In this document: in pieces, positions 1-14,770 of the stretch
How positions within the stretch are numbered: the first letter of the stretch is position 1
How the letters are laid out: every line of letters begins with the position of its first letter
Assembly (NCBI RefSeq): GCF_009914755.1
Contig: NC_060931.1
Length of the DNA: 64,000 nt
Source of the DNA: the human T2T-CHM13v2.0 reference genome, Homo sapiens
Reading direction: 5' to 3' (one strand)
Notes under the pieces: model-generated
Told to the model about the DNA's origin: nothing
What the model saw: only the letters and a program-made list of their open reading frames with translations
The model's database searches: none
Position numbers and translations under genes: made by a program

Positions 1-399
1 GGAGGCATGTCCCACCACACTGGACCAGAACCATAACTGAACTGGCCCCATGAGCTGTTTCTGACAGCAGCTGGGATCAAACCCCATGCCATGGTGCCAT
101 AAGATAAGAAGACCTCCAGGTATAGACAAGGCCAGCCTGCCCAGGTTTTTAAATGGCTAAGTGCTTTCACCTTAGGACAATCCTGTCACCCCAGTCACCA
201 TTGAAATCCAGGTCTTCCACATCACCCTTACGCTGCCTGGCATGCTCTGCATATCAAGCCTGGAGCTGTCCCTCAAACTTGCCCTCCATACAAGTCAATC
301 AGCAGACCCCTTAAACTTGGGTTGGTCATCTCATCCCTCCACCTGCAACTTCTTCTCTAAGCCTCCCTCTCCCTGCACCTGATTTCTCTACGACTGTCC

Positions 400-2060
400 T
401 CTGAGGACAGATTCCCTGGCAGCCCTCTCAAGTGGAACTTGTGTTTTCCCAAGACCCACTCACCATGGCCTCAGGGATGGGGCTGGACAAGTTCCCTCCC
501 TGCTCACCCTTACCTCTTTGATTTTATCTTGCCTCTCTCTTTTATATCAGACTTTCCGTCCTCTAGACCTCTTGTGCTTTCATAGACTGAACTGCCAGTC
601 CTCCTCTTCTTTGATGACTTCAGCCATTATCTCACTATTTCCATCTCTCCGGCTTCTCTCTTCCAGCAGTCTTTTCCTTGACCGCATTTCATCTCACACT
701 CACATGGTCCTATACTAAATTTTGCCATTTGCAATAACTATAGCTCCTCAGAAATCTGTTTCAGTCATCTAATCTCTGACAACTCTCTCCTGTCCTTTGG
801 CTCCTTTACTCCAGAATGCACATTCTGGCAATTCTCCAGGCCTATAGCTGAATCCATGAACCCGCTGCCTCCTTCACACCCCATGCTTCATGTCCTCCTT
901 TCTCCCCAGATCCCCAGCACCCCCTTCTCTCTACTGATAACTTTGATTCAGAGTTCACAGAGAAGATAAATCAGGCATAAATCTCCTTATCTACTCCCCT
1001 GCAACTTTATCAATTTGTCTGCATCTGTGTATATATTCTCTTTCCCTCCTCTTTTATGAAATAAATATCAAATTTTTATTTATTTTTTAAGTTAATATTT
1101 TATATTAGGAATTTCCATATGATGAAGTGTCTTGTAAGTGAATATTATATACTATATGTATTATATATATACTATTATCCATAAATTAGCAATAAATAAT
1201 ATATTTGTGTACAGTGATATATCAATAAATAATTTATTAAATGTTTATTACATAGACTATTGCTCCTATCTAAGGCCCAATTCCTCCCCCACCCATCTGG
1301 CCACCAACTTCTGTCCGGATCCTTCCCTCTTTTGCTTTCCTAAGGAATCTCCTGGATTTCTGTCTTTCCCGTGCATTTATTCCATTTCTATTTCATCATG
1401 ATTGCAGGCAGTAATCTCCTTTCATTCTGTATTATCAATTTATTTTTCTATCTGGAATCATTCACTTTGAACTACAAAGATGGCTGTAACAGAAACCTCC
1501 TGTCATTTCTTTAAAAACTGTGTCTTGACCTTGACCATGACCTTCTCCAGCTACTGCATCATTTCTCTGTCCTTCTTAAGAGCACATATCATTGAAAGGT
1601 TTGTCTTGAGTGTTTTCACTCACTCACCATCTCTACTTTTTAAAGCCAGTTCTCTCTAAAGCCACCTCAATCAGGTATCCATCCCACTAGTCCACTGAAA
1701 TGGTTTTTATCTAGTTTGCCAGTGACCTGCCACATGCCACAAACAAAGGTCACTTTTCTGATCTCATTTTTCTCAACCTCCCACTAGCATTTGCCAGTCA
1801 GCCTTTCCAGTTTTATTGAGCAATTCTTTTTTCACTAGGTGAATGTATCCCCACACTTACAATGGTTTCTTCCTAATCTATCGGCCACTCCTCTCGGGCT
1901 AGTTTGCTGCGTTTTCCTCTTCTGTTTGACCTCTAAGTTCTTGAGCGCTCCAAGTCTCGGCCTTGGCCCCTTCACTGTGGTCTCATTCAGTCATATGGTT
2001 TAAATGCTACCATATGTATTGATCTCATCCAGAACCTTCTGTGCACGGATTCTTCTGTGT
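400..2060 (+). mobile_element. Degenerate LINE-2 fragments
   Basis: Pyrimidine-rich sequence with L2-like motifs (tccactgaaa...gtgacctgccacatgccac...ggtcacttttc...ctcccactagcatttg). Boundaries approximate. Confidence 0.55.
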
Positions 2061-3224
2061 TTAATTATGACTATTTTTTTGACATTTAAAAACTATCAAA
2101 ATGACATTTAAGCATACATTATCTACGGGCATTCTCAGTTGATTTCAGATGGGAAAGTCAACCAAAATGCACCATTGTTACATTCTGATCTCTTCCCCAG
2201 TGGACATTCCTTTGTGAGACCTCATCAGCTGCTTTCTGTGCATCTCTTTATTTTCTTGCAGCCTCTCAAACCAGCTTTCACATTCCCAACCTCTCTGAAA
2301 TGCACCAGTCAAGATCATTTTACAGGTCTTTCTGTCTTCATCTCCCGGCAGGCTAAGGCTTTATAAAGATTCTGTTTTAGATCTCATTTCCTGATCTCAC
2401 ACCAGTCTGGGCACAGGTCTCTTGTCAGCTTCTATCCATCATCCGGGCTCTTTCCTCTGTACCCATAATGAGATGTTTATATTAGAAATTGGAAGCCCTG
2501 GAAGCCAGACTTGGTTCCTGTAATTCTCCATAATCACATCTGATAGATTCCTTTGAGCTTGTTCTGTGAGGCCTCATTCCTGCTGGGAGAGGACTTTAAC
2601 TATTTTCCTGAATGTTCCCAATTCCTGGACATTCCTTTAAAACTTCCAACAGCCATTCCTTCCACCTCTAGTGTTCTCTCCTTCAACAGGCTCCTGACAA
2701 ACCTGGTGAAATTCAACTCTCCACATCATGGCTGCCTTCATCCTGGCAGTTCAGTGTGGTTGGCCAAGCAGCACCATTTGGCACAGCAAATCACCCCTGC
2801 CTTCTTGAAGCATTTTCCTCACTTGGCCTCAAGATCACTTTACGCTCTTGTTTTCCTCCTCCGTCTCAGCTGCTCCCCCTCAGTCTTGCTTACTGGTTCT
2901 TCTTCCTGTTTCTGGAATCACACATCACACTTGTTTGACAATTATACAGAAAGTCATACCAGTGACATAGTAGCACAGTCATATGGTCAGACAGTTCTCA
3001 CAGAGACAGACACAGAGTCACAAATCCACAAGTGACACAGACCGAAGTGCTCCTACTCTAGGGTTTAAAATACCATAGTGGTGTCCCAGAGCGGCTCTGA
3101 ATTAATTTCCTGGGATAGGGCAGAAGGCGATGTATGGTTTGCCACAGTCACAGCTTCTGGGACATGTTTATTGAGGGAGCAGCAATGAATTTGAATCATT
3201 GTTTTATTTTTCTTCATATTCCAG

Positions 3225-3402
3225 GTTGATGTTGATGCAAATTCACTGAATTCTAACGATGTTTTTGTCCTGAAACTGCCACAAAATAGTGGCTACATCT
3301 GGGTAGGAAAAGGTGCTAGCCAGGAGGAGGAGAAAGGAGCAGAGTATGTAGCAAGTGTCCTAAAGTGCAAAACCTTAAGGATCCAAGAAGGCGAGGAGCC
3401 AG
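3225..3402 (+). CDS. SCIN: Scinderin (adseverin) internal coding exon, gelsolin domain 5 region; upstream exons lie outside the window
   Basis: Acceptor ttccag|GTT, donor CCAG|gtgtgt. 178 nt translating [59 protein letters not shown](E), a gelsolin-repeat motif. Phase matches the next exon. Confidence 0.96.
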
Positions 3403-3670
3403 GTGTGTGCTCTGGGGCCAAGGGCACTAACTAGAATTTATACTGATACGATTGCTAATCATCTTTTTTTCACCAAAAAGTCACTTTCTAATGGCTTATA
3501 AGGGTTAACAATCTCTCCATTAGTTGCAGAGGTGGGTGGGTGATGGTACCTGATTTCTTTAAGTAATTTCTCAACACTGAAATCAAGGTGAGATAATATT
3601 TGTTCATATAAAGCGACAGCAAGCATATGTCCCTGAAAATGCACTGGATAACTGAGTGTGTTTTCCACAG

Positions 3671-3792
3671 AGGAGTTCTGGAATTCCCTTGGAGGGAAAA
3701 AAGACTACCAGACCTCACCACTACTGGAAACCCAGGCTGAAGACCATCCACCTCGGCTTTACGGCTGCTCTAACAAAACTGGAAGATTTGTT
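3671..3792 (+). CDS. SCIN: Scinderin coding exon
   Basis: ccacag|AGGAG ... TTTGTT|gtaagt. 122 nt, (E)[40 protein letters not shown]; completes the phase-1 codon of the previous exon. Confidence 0.96.
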
Positions 3793-3820
3793 GTAAGTGT
3801 CTTTAAAAATAGTGCGATAG

Positions 3821-4124
3821 GGCTGGTTGCGGTGGCTCATGCCTGTAATCCCAGCACTTTGGGAGGCCGAGGCAGGCAGATCACCTGAGGTCAGGAGTTC
3901 GAGACCAGCCTGACCAACATGTAGAAACCGTCTCTACTAAAAATATAAAAATTAGCTGGATGTGGTGGTGCACACTTGTAATTCAAGCTACTCGGGAGGC
4001 TTGAGGCAGGAGAATCACTTGAACCCAGGAGGCGGAGGTTGCAGTGAGCCAAGGTCGCGCCACTCCACTCCACTCCAGCCTGGGCAACAAGAGCAAAACT
4101 CCGTTAAAAAAAAAAAAAAAAAAA
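3821..4124 (+). mobile_element. AluS element
   Basis: Full dimeric Alu with A-tail, starting 28 nt into the SCIN intron. Confidence 0.95.
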
Positions 4125-4125
4125 G

Positions 4126-4496
<371 letters not shown>

Positions 4497-4578
4497 TCAG
4501 ACATGCTACTGTTCTGAATCTCAGTTTCAGCCTGCCTACAAACCACGGTGACAACCTTTGCTCTACACAGGGTATTTT

Positions 4579-4849
4579 TTTTAAACTTTTATTTTAAGTT
4601 CAGGGGTACATGTGCAGGTTCGTTACATAGGTAAACTTGTGTTGTGGGGGTTTGTTGTACAGATTATTTCATCACCCAGGTATTAAGCCTAGTATGCATT
4701 AGTTATTTTTCCTGATCGTCTCCCTCATCCCACCTTCCACCTTTCGATAGGCCCCCAGTGTGTGTTGTTCCTCTCTATGTGTCCGTGTGTTCTCATCATT
4801 TAGGTCCCACTTATAAGTGAGAACCTGCAGTATTTGGTTTTCTGTTCCT
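4579..4849 (-). mobile_element. 5'-truncated L1PA 3' end (~270 bp) with 15-bp TSD
   Basis: Reverse L1 3'UTR (ttttaagttcaggggtacatgtgcagg...cccacttataagtgagaac). TACACAGGGTATTTT is repeated at 4564-4578 and 4850-4864. Confidence 0.9.
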
Positions 4850-5282
4850 TACACAGGGTATTTTAAGGATTAATGATATAATTAATGTGAAAGCATTAAT
4901 GTTGTGATGTCCTATATAGATTAAGCTGTTCTTAAAAGTACTAGCTACTTTACACCTGTGTGAGCATGCAGTTGCTGTGTGAATATATATGTGGCTAGAT
5001 GTGTTAATTTAATAATTTGGCATTTTCTGTGGGCAGCAATCATTATTTCTGATCAAACTATGTAAATTTTACATGTCAATTTCCCAGCGGAGTAAAAATT
5101 TTCACCATATTGACTGAATTAAAAATATTATGGAAATATTATGATCATTGGGCAAAAATCACAGAAAGCTATATATGCAGTTACAAATTAACTGATATCA
5201 ACAGGAATGTTTTATTTCATAGTCATTTACAAGCTTTGACTTCCAGTCCAGTCAGAAGTAAAATTAGAAGTATGTGTATGCA

Positions 5283-5640
5283 TGTCTTAGTTCAAGCTCC
5301 TATCACAAAAATACCATTGACTGTGTGGTTTAAACCACAAACATTTATTTTTCATGGTTCTGAAGGCTGAGAAGTCCAAGATTAAGGCAACAGCAGATCT
5401 GATGTCTGGTGAGGGACCACTGTCTAGCCTTCTTGTGTCCTCACATGGCCAAGAGAGCAAGCTCTAGTCGTGTTCTTTCCTTATAAAGACAGACACTAAG
5501 CAGGGGCACTGTACCCTCATGGCCTCATCTGAACCTAATTACCTCCCAAAGGCCCCACCTCCTACTACCATGCCATTGGAGGCTAGGGGTTTAGCATAGG
5601 AATTCTGGAGGCAAACAAACATCCAATACAAAAGAATACA
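5283..5640 (-). mobile_element. MaLR solo LTR (MST/MLT1A-like)
   Basis: tgtcttagt...aaacatttatttttcatggttctgaaggctgagaagtccaagattaaggc...taattacctcccaaaggccccacctcc resembles the MaLR consensus. Confidence 0.75.
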
Positions 5641-6489
5641 GGAGTGATTTTACACTAGGCTCTGAAATATCATCCTGAACCACAGCCTCTCACCTAAATT
5701 TCAAAAAAAAAAGTTATACTTTCTCTGTTTGACGTGCTAAGTTTTTGGTAAATTTTTCATTTAAAGAATGAATTCTTCTTTTATATAAAATTTGATCCAC
5801 AGATTTTGGTCAACATGCCCTAGTGAATAAATGCAAACTTCATTTTTCAACACAGGAAAGAAAATTTCCCACGTATTTTGTCAGATATTTTGATTACTAG
5901 AAATAAAATTATTTGAGATGAAGTGGTTCAAGTCTCCCTTGAAGGTTATAAATGATTTGACCTACAAGTTAAAGATTTAAACAGTGCATTGAGATAAATA
6001 TTTGGTTGCTGTATACCACAATTTGCTCACCTACTTTACAGGAAATCCCTGAACTTGCTATATTTTATAGATTTGTCATCAGAAAAATCTGCTGTTTTAT
6101 TGTTTTGACTTGATATTGCATCCAAGCAACTTATTTTTCAGCATATGCTCCTATAATTTCTTATTAGAATTATTTATTAACATTGCTATAAATTAGTTGT
6201 TTGTTTCCAAGAAAAATGTATTTTACAAAAATAAGTACCTAGGCTTTGTTCTCAGTGTGTTTAAAGAAAAAAGATCTGTTAGTCTTTGGCTTTTTGTTAT
6301 GCGTATATATTAGCCTTTAAGAGAAATATACATTTCCTCTGCACCAACTCATTTTCTTGTTTGATATTTGGAACCCCTTCTGCTCCCTTTATAGTTTAAG
6401 GCAAAGGATTGTTGCTAACAAATCTTTGATCTTATAATTACTATCAGAAAGTAGGCTTTACACGTGTAGATTCCTACAAGGCAGCTACA

Positions 6490-6740
6490 AGGCAGCAGAG
6501 CTTATTAACTAAAAGCACAGCTTTTAGAACCAATCTGCCCATGTGCTGTCACTTATCTGGTGGTAGTACTTGCTGGCTGTGTGACTTTAGGCTGGTTACT
6601 GAGCCTGTCTGGGCTGTAGTTGTCTCAACTCTAAAATGGTGGTAATCTTAGTACCTACTTCATAGAGCTGTGAATATTAACTTAGCTGTTGCATATAAAA
6701 CATTAGAACAGTGCTGACGTCAAGTTAAGTGCTAAAGTTT
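6490..6740 (+). mobile_element. MIR
   Basis: ctgtgtgactttaggctggttact...ctctaaaatgg...acctacttcatagagctgtg MIR core. Confidence 0.65.
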
Positions 6741-7340
6741 TTCTTTTTAAAATGATTATGTGATTGGTGTATGTCCTCTAAAAAGATAATATAAACAAAT
6801 CCTTTGCCTTCTAAATGGTCAAGGTTTTTTGTTTTGTTTATTTTGTATAACAATCTCAAAATCTCATCAGATTAGAACAAACATGAATTGTCATGCTCAG
6901 ATGTCTGCAGGCTGCCAGGAACTAGGTTTATCTATGCTGGGCGCATGTTTTGAGTTTATACATATTTTTCCAGTGACAAAGTCAAGGACACAAAAAGGCC
7001 CTTGCTGAGTCACCTTTGCTAATATGACATGGCCAACGCCCCAGTCAGCTCCATAGCACCGCAAAGTCACATGCCAGAGGGAGTGAATAAAGAATGGGGA
7101 ACCATAATCCAAACTCCTGCGTAAGGATCAGGGGGGTTTTCACTCAGAATTCTCTAAAAATACTGAACTTTAGATTAATACATGCCCATTGGTATGTATT
7201 ACCAATGGGTGGATGAAGCTAACCCTTCCATTACCCTTTAATGCTAACTATAATTTAACACAATTTAACCCATTAAAAATAAAAAAAATTTTGTACATGC
7301 AAATATTATGTTATAATGTCATCTTATTGAAATTTTTTGA

Positions 7341-7681
<341 letters not shown>

Positions 7682-7864
7682 CCTATTGACTTTTTAAAAG
7701 TAATCCTAACCTACAAAATGAAAGATAATTTAATACTCAGACCATAAACTCAAATGTTTTTAGGAACTAGATAGGCAACATAAATCTGTGAAACAACTAT
7801 TCATAAAGGACTGGAAGTACAGAGGATTGTGAGCAAATTGACTATATATGTGGGCATTCAAATG

Positions 7865-8326
7865 TGTCAACCCTAAGGATGAGATTTAGAAAATACGCTT
7901 AAATATATAGTTTATTGAGATGCAAGGCTTGAGGATAGCCACCCAGAAAACGCTGACTCCAAATGAATGGGGTCAGCATTTTAAAGTGGAGGAGTTAAAG
8001 TTTCACTGACAATAGGCAGAAACAGAGAAATTTTAGCAGGATTATGTAATTTTTTATATAAGACCAGTGTATACTGACAGTGATTTGATTGGTTACAGAT
8101 TGCTATGAATACATTCCAAGGAAGAGTACTTTCTTACTCTGTGAGGAGTGGTGATCTGAGGGGGGTCTTATCTCTGGCACTCTTTGGTCTTCCTAATTAT
8201 TTGCAGAAAAAAAGACAAAAGCTCGAGTGCATGCCTCAAGACTCAGGCCACACAGCCGCATTCCTCTCAAAGTTCAGAATAATTTAAGGTTCCACCAGCT
8301 TTATATTTGACTTATTTAATTTCACA
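7865..8326 (-). mobile_element. ERV1-class (MER4-group-like) solo LTR
   Basis: TG...CA termini with 4-bp TSD AATG and a reverse AATAAA (tttatt) near the left end. Subfamily uncertain. Confidence 0.65.
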
Positions 8327-8554
8327 AATGCAATGTTTATATTAAATACTGTTCTGGCCAAATAAAATACTACTAGTTTGTGATGCCAAATCAATGAACA
8401 ATTATTTAAATTTTTATTACGTGAAAAAGAAGAAAAAAATTACCACCAAATTTTATTTTCACTATACTCAAAAAAAATACAGGGCATTTCTATCCTATGT
8501 ATTAGAAAAATTACTGCTTTACTTTTTGCTCATATAGCTTTTTATACCTTTCAG

Positions 8555-8632
8555 ATTGAAGAGATTCCAGGAGAGTTCACCCAGGATGATTTAGCTGAAG
8601 ATGATGTCATGTTACTAGATGCTTGGGAACAG
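8555..8632 (+). CDS. SCIN: Scinderin coding exon (gelsolin domain 6)
   Basis: tttcag|ATTGAA ... GAACAG|gtaaaa. 78 nt, [26 protein letters not shown]. Confidence 0.96.
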
Positions 8633-10048
8633 GTAAAACTACATTTTGTTCATAAGAAGAGAATGCATTTTTGGTTGGGAGATGACAGAACTTGATCTGA
8701 GAAATGGTAAGTCTAGATATAAATGAGCCTAGAGATTTAGGCTGTATTTAAAAAACACACACACACATTTGGTAAAAAATGAAACTAACACATATGGCAA
8801 GTTGATTTCTTAGTATGAAAATAATTCCAGAGCTACCATCTTTGGCTTTACAGTTGTAGGCAAAAAACTTTTATTTTTCATTTATTTGTAAAAGTTACTC
8901 ATTCCTAATTTGTTTATAATTCATTTAACTAACAAGTTCATTCGTGTGTACAGTGTCATGGGGGTACAATGCCATTGAGGAAACCGACATATTCAAAGTT
9001 TCTTTTGAAATTTGACAAGAAGTCATGGGTAGCCCTCCCCTGGGGAAGAAACAGGCAGAATAGTTTTGAATCTACACAGTAAAATATGTTCCTGTTTTAT
9101 TTATCTTAATTTTCAAGGAAATTAGTGGTGATTTGACGTGCCACATCTGATAGGTTTTTAACCTCTAAATTAACGGTGAAAGAGAAAAGTAAATATATTA
9201 TGAACTAAATTATATAGAACAAGTGTGAAATGCTTATCTGAATTAGGCCTAGTCGTAGAGTCAAGCACAGAGATTGTTCCTTTTAAGTTTGTTCCCAATT
9301 AATAAACCATTCAGTTATATCACACCCTAGCTTCTGATCTACAATGACCATGTTTGACTTGAGGGCCCAGGCTCAGATTCTTGCCAAGTGAATGGATTAC
9401 TTATTTCTAGATGAGAATTAAATCTCCAGGTCAATAAAACATTCTTGTGTATTTAAGAATTAAAGAAGAATTACACTTCCTTATTCAGATATATATTTAA
9501 TTTTTCTCATTTGCAGTCAACTCCTGTTTCTGTAATCATGGGTACTTTTTGGAAGATTTCCCATGCCACATTTCATTTTTTAAAATCATGCCTTTTATTT
9601 ACATTACCATGCTTTCATGGTTTGTTCTGTTCCCTGCACACAAATGTTTCAGCACTTTCAGTATGAAATAGAACACAATCTAAATGTAAGTGACCGAAAT
9701 TGCTCTGCCACAAGTGATTTTAAAGTGATTTCAAAAATAAGGTAATTCAGGACATTTTTTTCAGCATTCAAGTACCCCCACCCACACACTTGACAAGGAG
9801 GAGGATATATACAGATTGTATAATTATATCAATTTTTTAAAAAACACATTGCTATTTAAATACTAAACATTATAGCATTTGTACCAACATCTTATAGGGA
9901 GGGCAAGCTACTAGAGGAGAAAAACACTAACCTTAAATCAAAGGTTCCTAGAGGGAGTCTGGGATCACCCACAGACAAGCTCTACACGTGGTCTACATGT
10001 GGTCTCTTCCAGCCAAGATCCACCTCTAGGAAATGGGGATAATGACTG

Positions 10049-10581
10049 TGTAAGGGCCAAGGGAAAATTTCCCCTTCACTGTCCACAGGTTCACATAAAA
10101 ATCAGTTGATAAAGGGCAGATTAATAGGAGAAAAGGCATACAAATATATTAATGTTCACAGGAGTCATACAGAATGCAAGAACTAAATAAATGGCTGGAT
10201 GGTTGATGCTTTTCTACCATTTTGAAGTTACAGAAAGAATGGGGGATTGCAGGATGGCAAAACTGGTTATGGGAGGGAGAGAAGAGGCCTGGCTAGGAAA
10301 GATGGTCTTGTTATGGATAAAACCTCACATAAAGTATAGATGGTAAATGTTTCTTTCAGACCTTTAAGAGTGTGATACTCTCAGTTAATCTTCCCTAGAT
10401 CCCGAAAAGGGAGGGCCTCAAAGAAAGTCCGGCTGCACCACTGCAGATTCTCTACAGATGCAGATCTTCCCCTACAAAAGGCAGATTTGCAGGGCTATTT
10501 CTGTTTGCAAGTCCTCTGAACAGCCATCTCGAAATATGTCAAAGAAGTGTATTCGGAGGTGAAATATTTTGGTTTCCTTCG
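10049..10581 (-). mobile_element. MER4-family ERV1 solo LTR, apparently inserted into a MIR
   Basis: 4-bp TSD ACTG. Shares motifs with the MER4-like LTR at 24953 (aaatgtttc...cagacc, cagccat..cgaaatatg..aaaga, aaatattttg). Confidence 0.7.
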
Positions 10582-10928
10582 ACTGCTGTCACACCCTAGG
10601 GGGTGGATGAAAAAAAAAAGTCCACCCAGACAATCTGTTTTTTTTTGTGAAAGATCACTTTACAAACTAGAAAGTACCATGTAAACATAAAATATCCAAG
10701 TGTGAAATCTGAAGTGAAACAGGCTGGATGTAGATTTAGGTGTCTCCTGATGAGTGTGAACACTGGGAAAGTGATGGTACCTCTCTGGGCCACCACCTCC
10801 ACGTCCCTAACTTCTGCGGATATTGTGAAGATTGAATGAGCAATGTGTGTGTGAAGCACTTTACATAGGGCCTAGCACTGAGTCAACATCCCAGAAATCA
10901 TACATATTGTTATTGTTTCATTTTTCAG

Positions 10929-10989
10929 ATATTTATTTGGATTGGCAAAGATGCTAATGAAGTTGAGAAAAAAGAATCTCTGAAGTCTG
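10929..10989 (+). CDS. SCIN: Scinderin penultimate coding exon
   Basis: tttcag|ATATTT ... GTCTG|gtaagc. 61 nt, [20 protein letters not shown](A). Confidence 0.96.
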
Positions 10990-11647
10990 GTAAGCTCAAT
11001 CGATGGACCATTATAGCAGTAACCGGGCACCATTATGACCGAGTGTCTGGCTTGCTCTTTGCCACCATGTCTTACAAAAATACATTTCAAAATCAAGAAG
11101 TAGCTTAGCATTCCTCCTCAAAACTAAAGAGTAATGGGATTTTTTGAACTGGAGAATTTCCAAATCGGCACAAGAAAACAATATGTTTTGTTATCTAATC
11201 TAGAATAGAATTATATCAATTTAATCTGAAAACTTAAATTAATTTCAACCCTTGTTTTATTATAAGAGTAAAACCTCCATGACTGTGATAAGCCAGATTT
11301 TTTAAACTTCCTTTTGACTATGCTGTTCTTTCTGGCACAATTTTCCTTTTACTGAAACGTATAACAATAATTATGCCACAAGGACAATTCCATAAAACTT
11401 GGAATTCTTTCAGGCATTAATGAGATTCACATGTTGCCTTTCATGGCAGATGAGAGAAATCAAAAAGAAATTGTATTTGTCTACCTGGTCAATGGAAATT
11501 TATTACTTTGATTTGAAGAATTGTATTCGAAGAATTTTCATTTTCAATGTAGCCAATATTTATTTGTTGTTCTGGAAATTTAATTCATTACTTTTATTCG
11601 AAGAATTTTCAATCTGCAGTTACTTTAGTTTAACCCAAACTAACTGA

Positions 11648-11803
<156 letters not shown>

Positions 11804-11909
11804 ATTGGTATTTGTAAAAAGCAAACAAACATTACAAGGCAGTTATCTCATTGCTGTTTTGGGAGAGGAACGGGAAAAGCTTTTTGCTTATTTGTCTTTT
11901 GAAAATTAA

Positions 11910-12233
<324 letters not shown>

Positions 12234-12669
12234 TTAATGCTTAGTTTTGGCTTGAAATTCTTCTTCACCTGGAGTTTTCTTACGTTAATACATTAAAATA
12301 ACCTGAAGGAAACTTTCGTTATGGGCCAATATTAGCTCTTATGGAAACTGATTTATATCTTTTTTATGACCTTTCAAAAGTAAAATACTATGCATAATCT
12401 AGAAAGATTTGTCAGATAGGAAATTTTATAATGCATTAGCCATTAGTCAGAGTTGTTTTTTAACATGCCAGAGAAAAAGTTGTAATGCCTTGGAAGTTAT
12501 TCTCTTTTCTATAGATTGTGTTCAAAAGATGTGTATACTTGCAATAAGGTTTATGTTAAGGTGGCTTTAACAATTGGTTGCTATTTTCCTTCTTTAGTCA
12601 ATGTGACTTTGATGTCATTAACTGCTAAGTGTTATTTTCTAAGAGGAATTTTATCTTTTTTTTAACCTT

Positions 12670-12675
12670 ATTAAA
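12670..12675 (+). terminator. SCIN: Candidate SCIN polyadenylation signal (ATTAAA)
   Basis: ATTAAA about 870 nt after the stop with U-rich upstream sequence. Another ATTAAA lies at about 12292. Usage cannot be shown from sequence alone. Confidence 0.4.
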
Positions 12676-14080
12676 AGCCTTTGAAAACACAGCTCTTTCA
12701 TGACAAAATGAATTGTATTGTTATCCACTTAGATACATGTACATGTACAGTACATGTTTAATATCACAGGAGATCAAAAAGACAATGCACAGGGGAGTAT
12801 CCCAGGGAGCAGAGCCAAGTTCAAGTAAGTTAACGATATCAAGTTACTTACTGGCAGGTAGCCACTAGAGAATCTTAGCAATTTTTGTCCTGCAAGATTT
12901 CAGCAAAGCTACAGAAAAGTGAGTTTTTATGTTTTCCATTCTTCCCTTTTCTAAGTAATAATTTTTATCGCAGTTACCCTGATTCTATTCCATTCCATTC
13001 TATTCTATTCTATTATTTCATTCTATTTTATTTCCAATATACCATTGTATATCAGTATATACTGATACACTGAGTGGCAGTTGCATTATCTACTAATCTA
13101 TATAGGTCATTGAAAAAGAAGAAGCTACGTTAGAACCCATGGAAAGAACTTTGCCTCATGTAGAGATTCTAGATTCTTAGCCAAAAGCTCAGAATTGTTG
13201 GGCCCTAAAGGATGAACAATGTAGGGTCCAACAATTCATCCCACATGAATTTTTCTCATCCTTCATGTGGAATGAAAAAACTAAAGAGACAACTGACTTA
13301 CCACACAAATGGACTATGGTAGAAGCTGCTGTCCCTTAGTATTGAATATCTCTATTTTCTTTTAATCATAGAATTCACTGATATTTTAGCAGATAATGTG
13401 GCCGTCCAGGCAGGCATGAGATTTCTCAGCCTTACTTCAACTTGATTATGACCATGTGACCCAATTCTGACATTTGCCTAAAGGAAAATTTACCTAAAAA
13501 GGCGTTTTCTTGCTATGGCAGTGTAACCTGTACTAATAAATATAGCGCTAGTCCTGCATGCAACAAAAATGATGTAAGTAGACATTTAACATTTCTAGGA
13601 ATGTAATTGAGTGAAAAATAATTTTTAAAAATATTTATAAATATCTTCTGGGTCAAGCTGAATATTTTTTGAAGGATGATGAGAATAAAATGATTTAATA
13701 AGTAGTACTTTTTCACAAAATTAGTAAAGGTCAAGGTGAGTGGCTTAGGGTACACTGTATTTTACGATGTTTCTCTAGTTTAGCCAGTGGTTTTTCTCAT
13801 CTCCAATTTATAGCACAGGCCGAGGCATATAGTAGGGTCTCAGTTAATATTTATTGAATGGCAATATCAAAAATGAGATCAGCAGCAAGATGATAAGGCA
13901 GAATAAAAGTTGCTGAGAGCCTAAAATGATTATTCAGTTCTGTTGCAGGGTTTTAACCTGCCCAAAGGATGGAAAAAGAAGAACATAAGCATAATTTCTG
14001 AATGCATCACGGCAAAGATGCATGTACTCATGAAGCATAAAATTAAAAATATGATACATTCACTACATGAAAATATGATA

Positions 14081-14394
14081 TACGGTTTTTCTTCAGTATC
14101 CGCGGGAGATTGGCTCGAGGAACCCCATGGATACCAACATCCTTGAATGCTCAAGTCCCTTATATAAAACGGCATAGTATTTGCATAAAACCTATACCAT
14201 TCTCCTGTATACTCTAAGTCATCTCTGCGTTACTTATAATACCTAATACAGTGTAAACGCTGTGTAAACAGTTGTTATACTATATTGGTTTTTTAATTTG
14301 CATTACTTTTGTATTGTTGTATTATTTTATTGTTTTTCCCCAAATAGTTTTGATCCGCAGATGTAGAACCCACAGATATGATAAATCAACTGTA
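14081..14394. mobile_element. MER2-like Tigger-family DNA transposon
   Basis: cagtatccgcgggagattgg...gctcaagtcccttatataaaacggcatagtatttgc...caactgta. Confidence 0.75.
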
Positions 14395-14469
14395 TCTAGT
14401 ACCCAAAACAGATGAGTAACTTAGAAATTAATATGTAATACATACAGCTAATGTTATAGCTACTTAAGG

Positions 14470-14770
14470 AATTCCTTTCACTGAAAAGAAACTCTTACAA
14501 ATCAATGAGTCAACAACCCAATGGAAAAATGGCCAAAAGACATGAATAGAAGTTCACAGAAAAGAATGAAAATGACCAGTAAATAATGAAAAGATGTTCT
14601 AAGACACTCTTAATTAAATAAATTCACAATAGAATAATCATACTTTTATCTATCTACCAGATTAGCAAATGTTAAAATATTAAAATGTTAGTGGTCATCA
14701 AAATGTAGGGTTACAGGTTCACCCATACACTGTTAATAGATGTATAAACTGGTCAAAACTTTTTGATCCA
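14470..14770 (+). mobile_element. Old L1M fragment
   Basis: aaaatggccaaaagacatgaatagaagttcacaga...aaaagatgttc, typical of the L1M ORF2 3' region. Confidence 0.65.

Noticed and set aside
2553-3035. 160-aa ORF in the SCIN intron
   Set aside because: Non-ATG start, no gelsolin or other domain similarity, and it overlaps degenerate L2-like sequence.
3658-3888. 76-aa ORF as a stand-alone gene
   Set aside because: It is a SCIN exon read through into the intron and an Alu.
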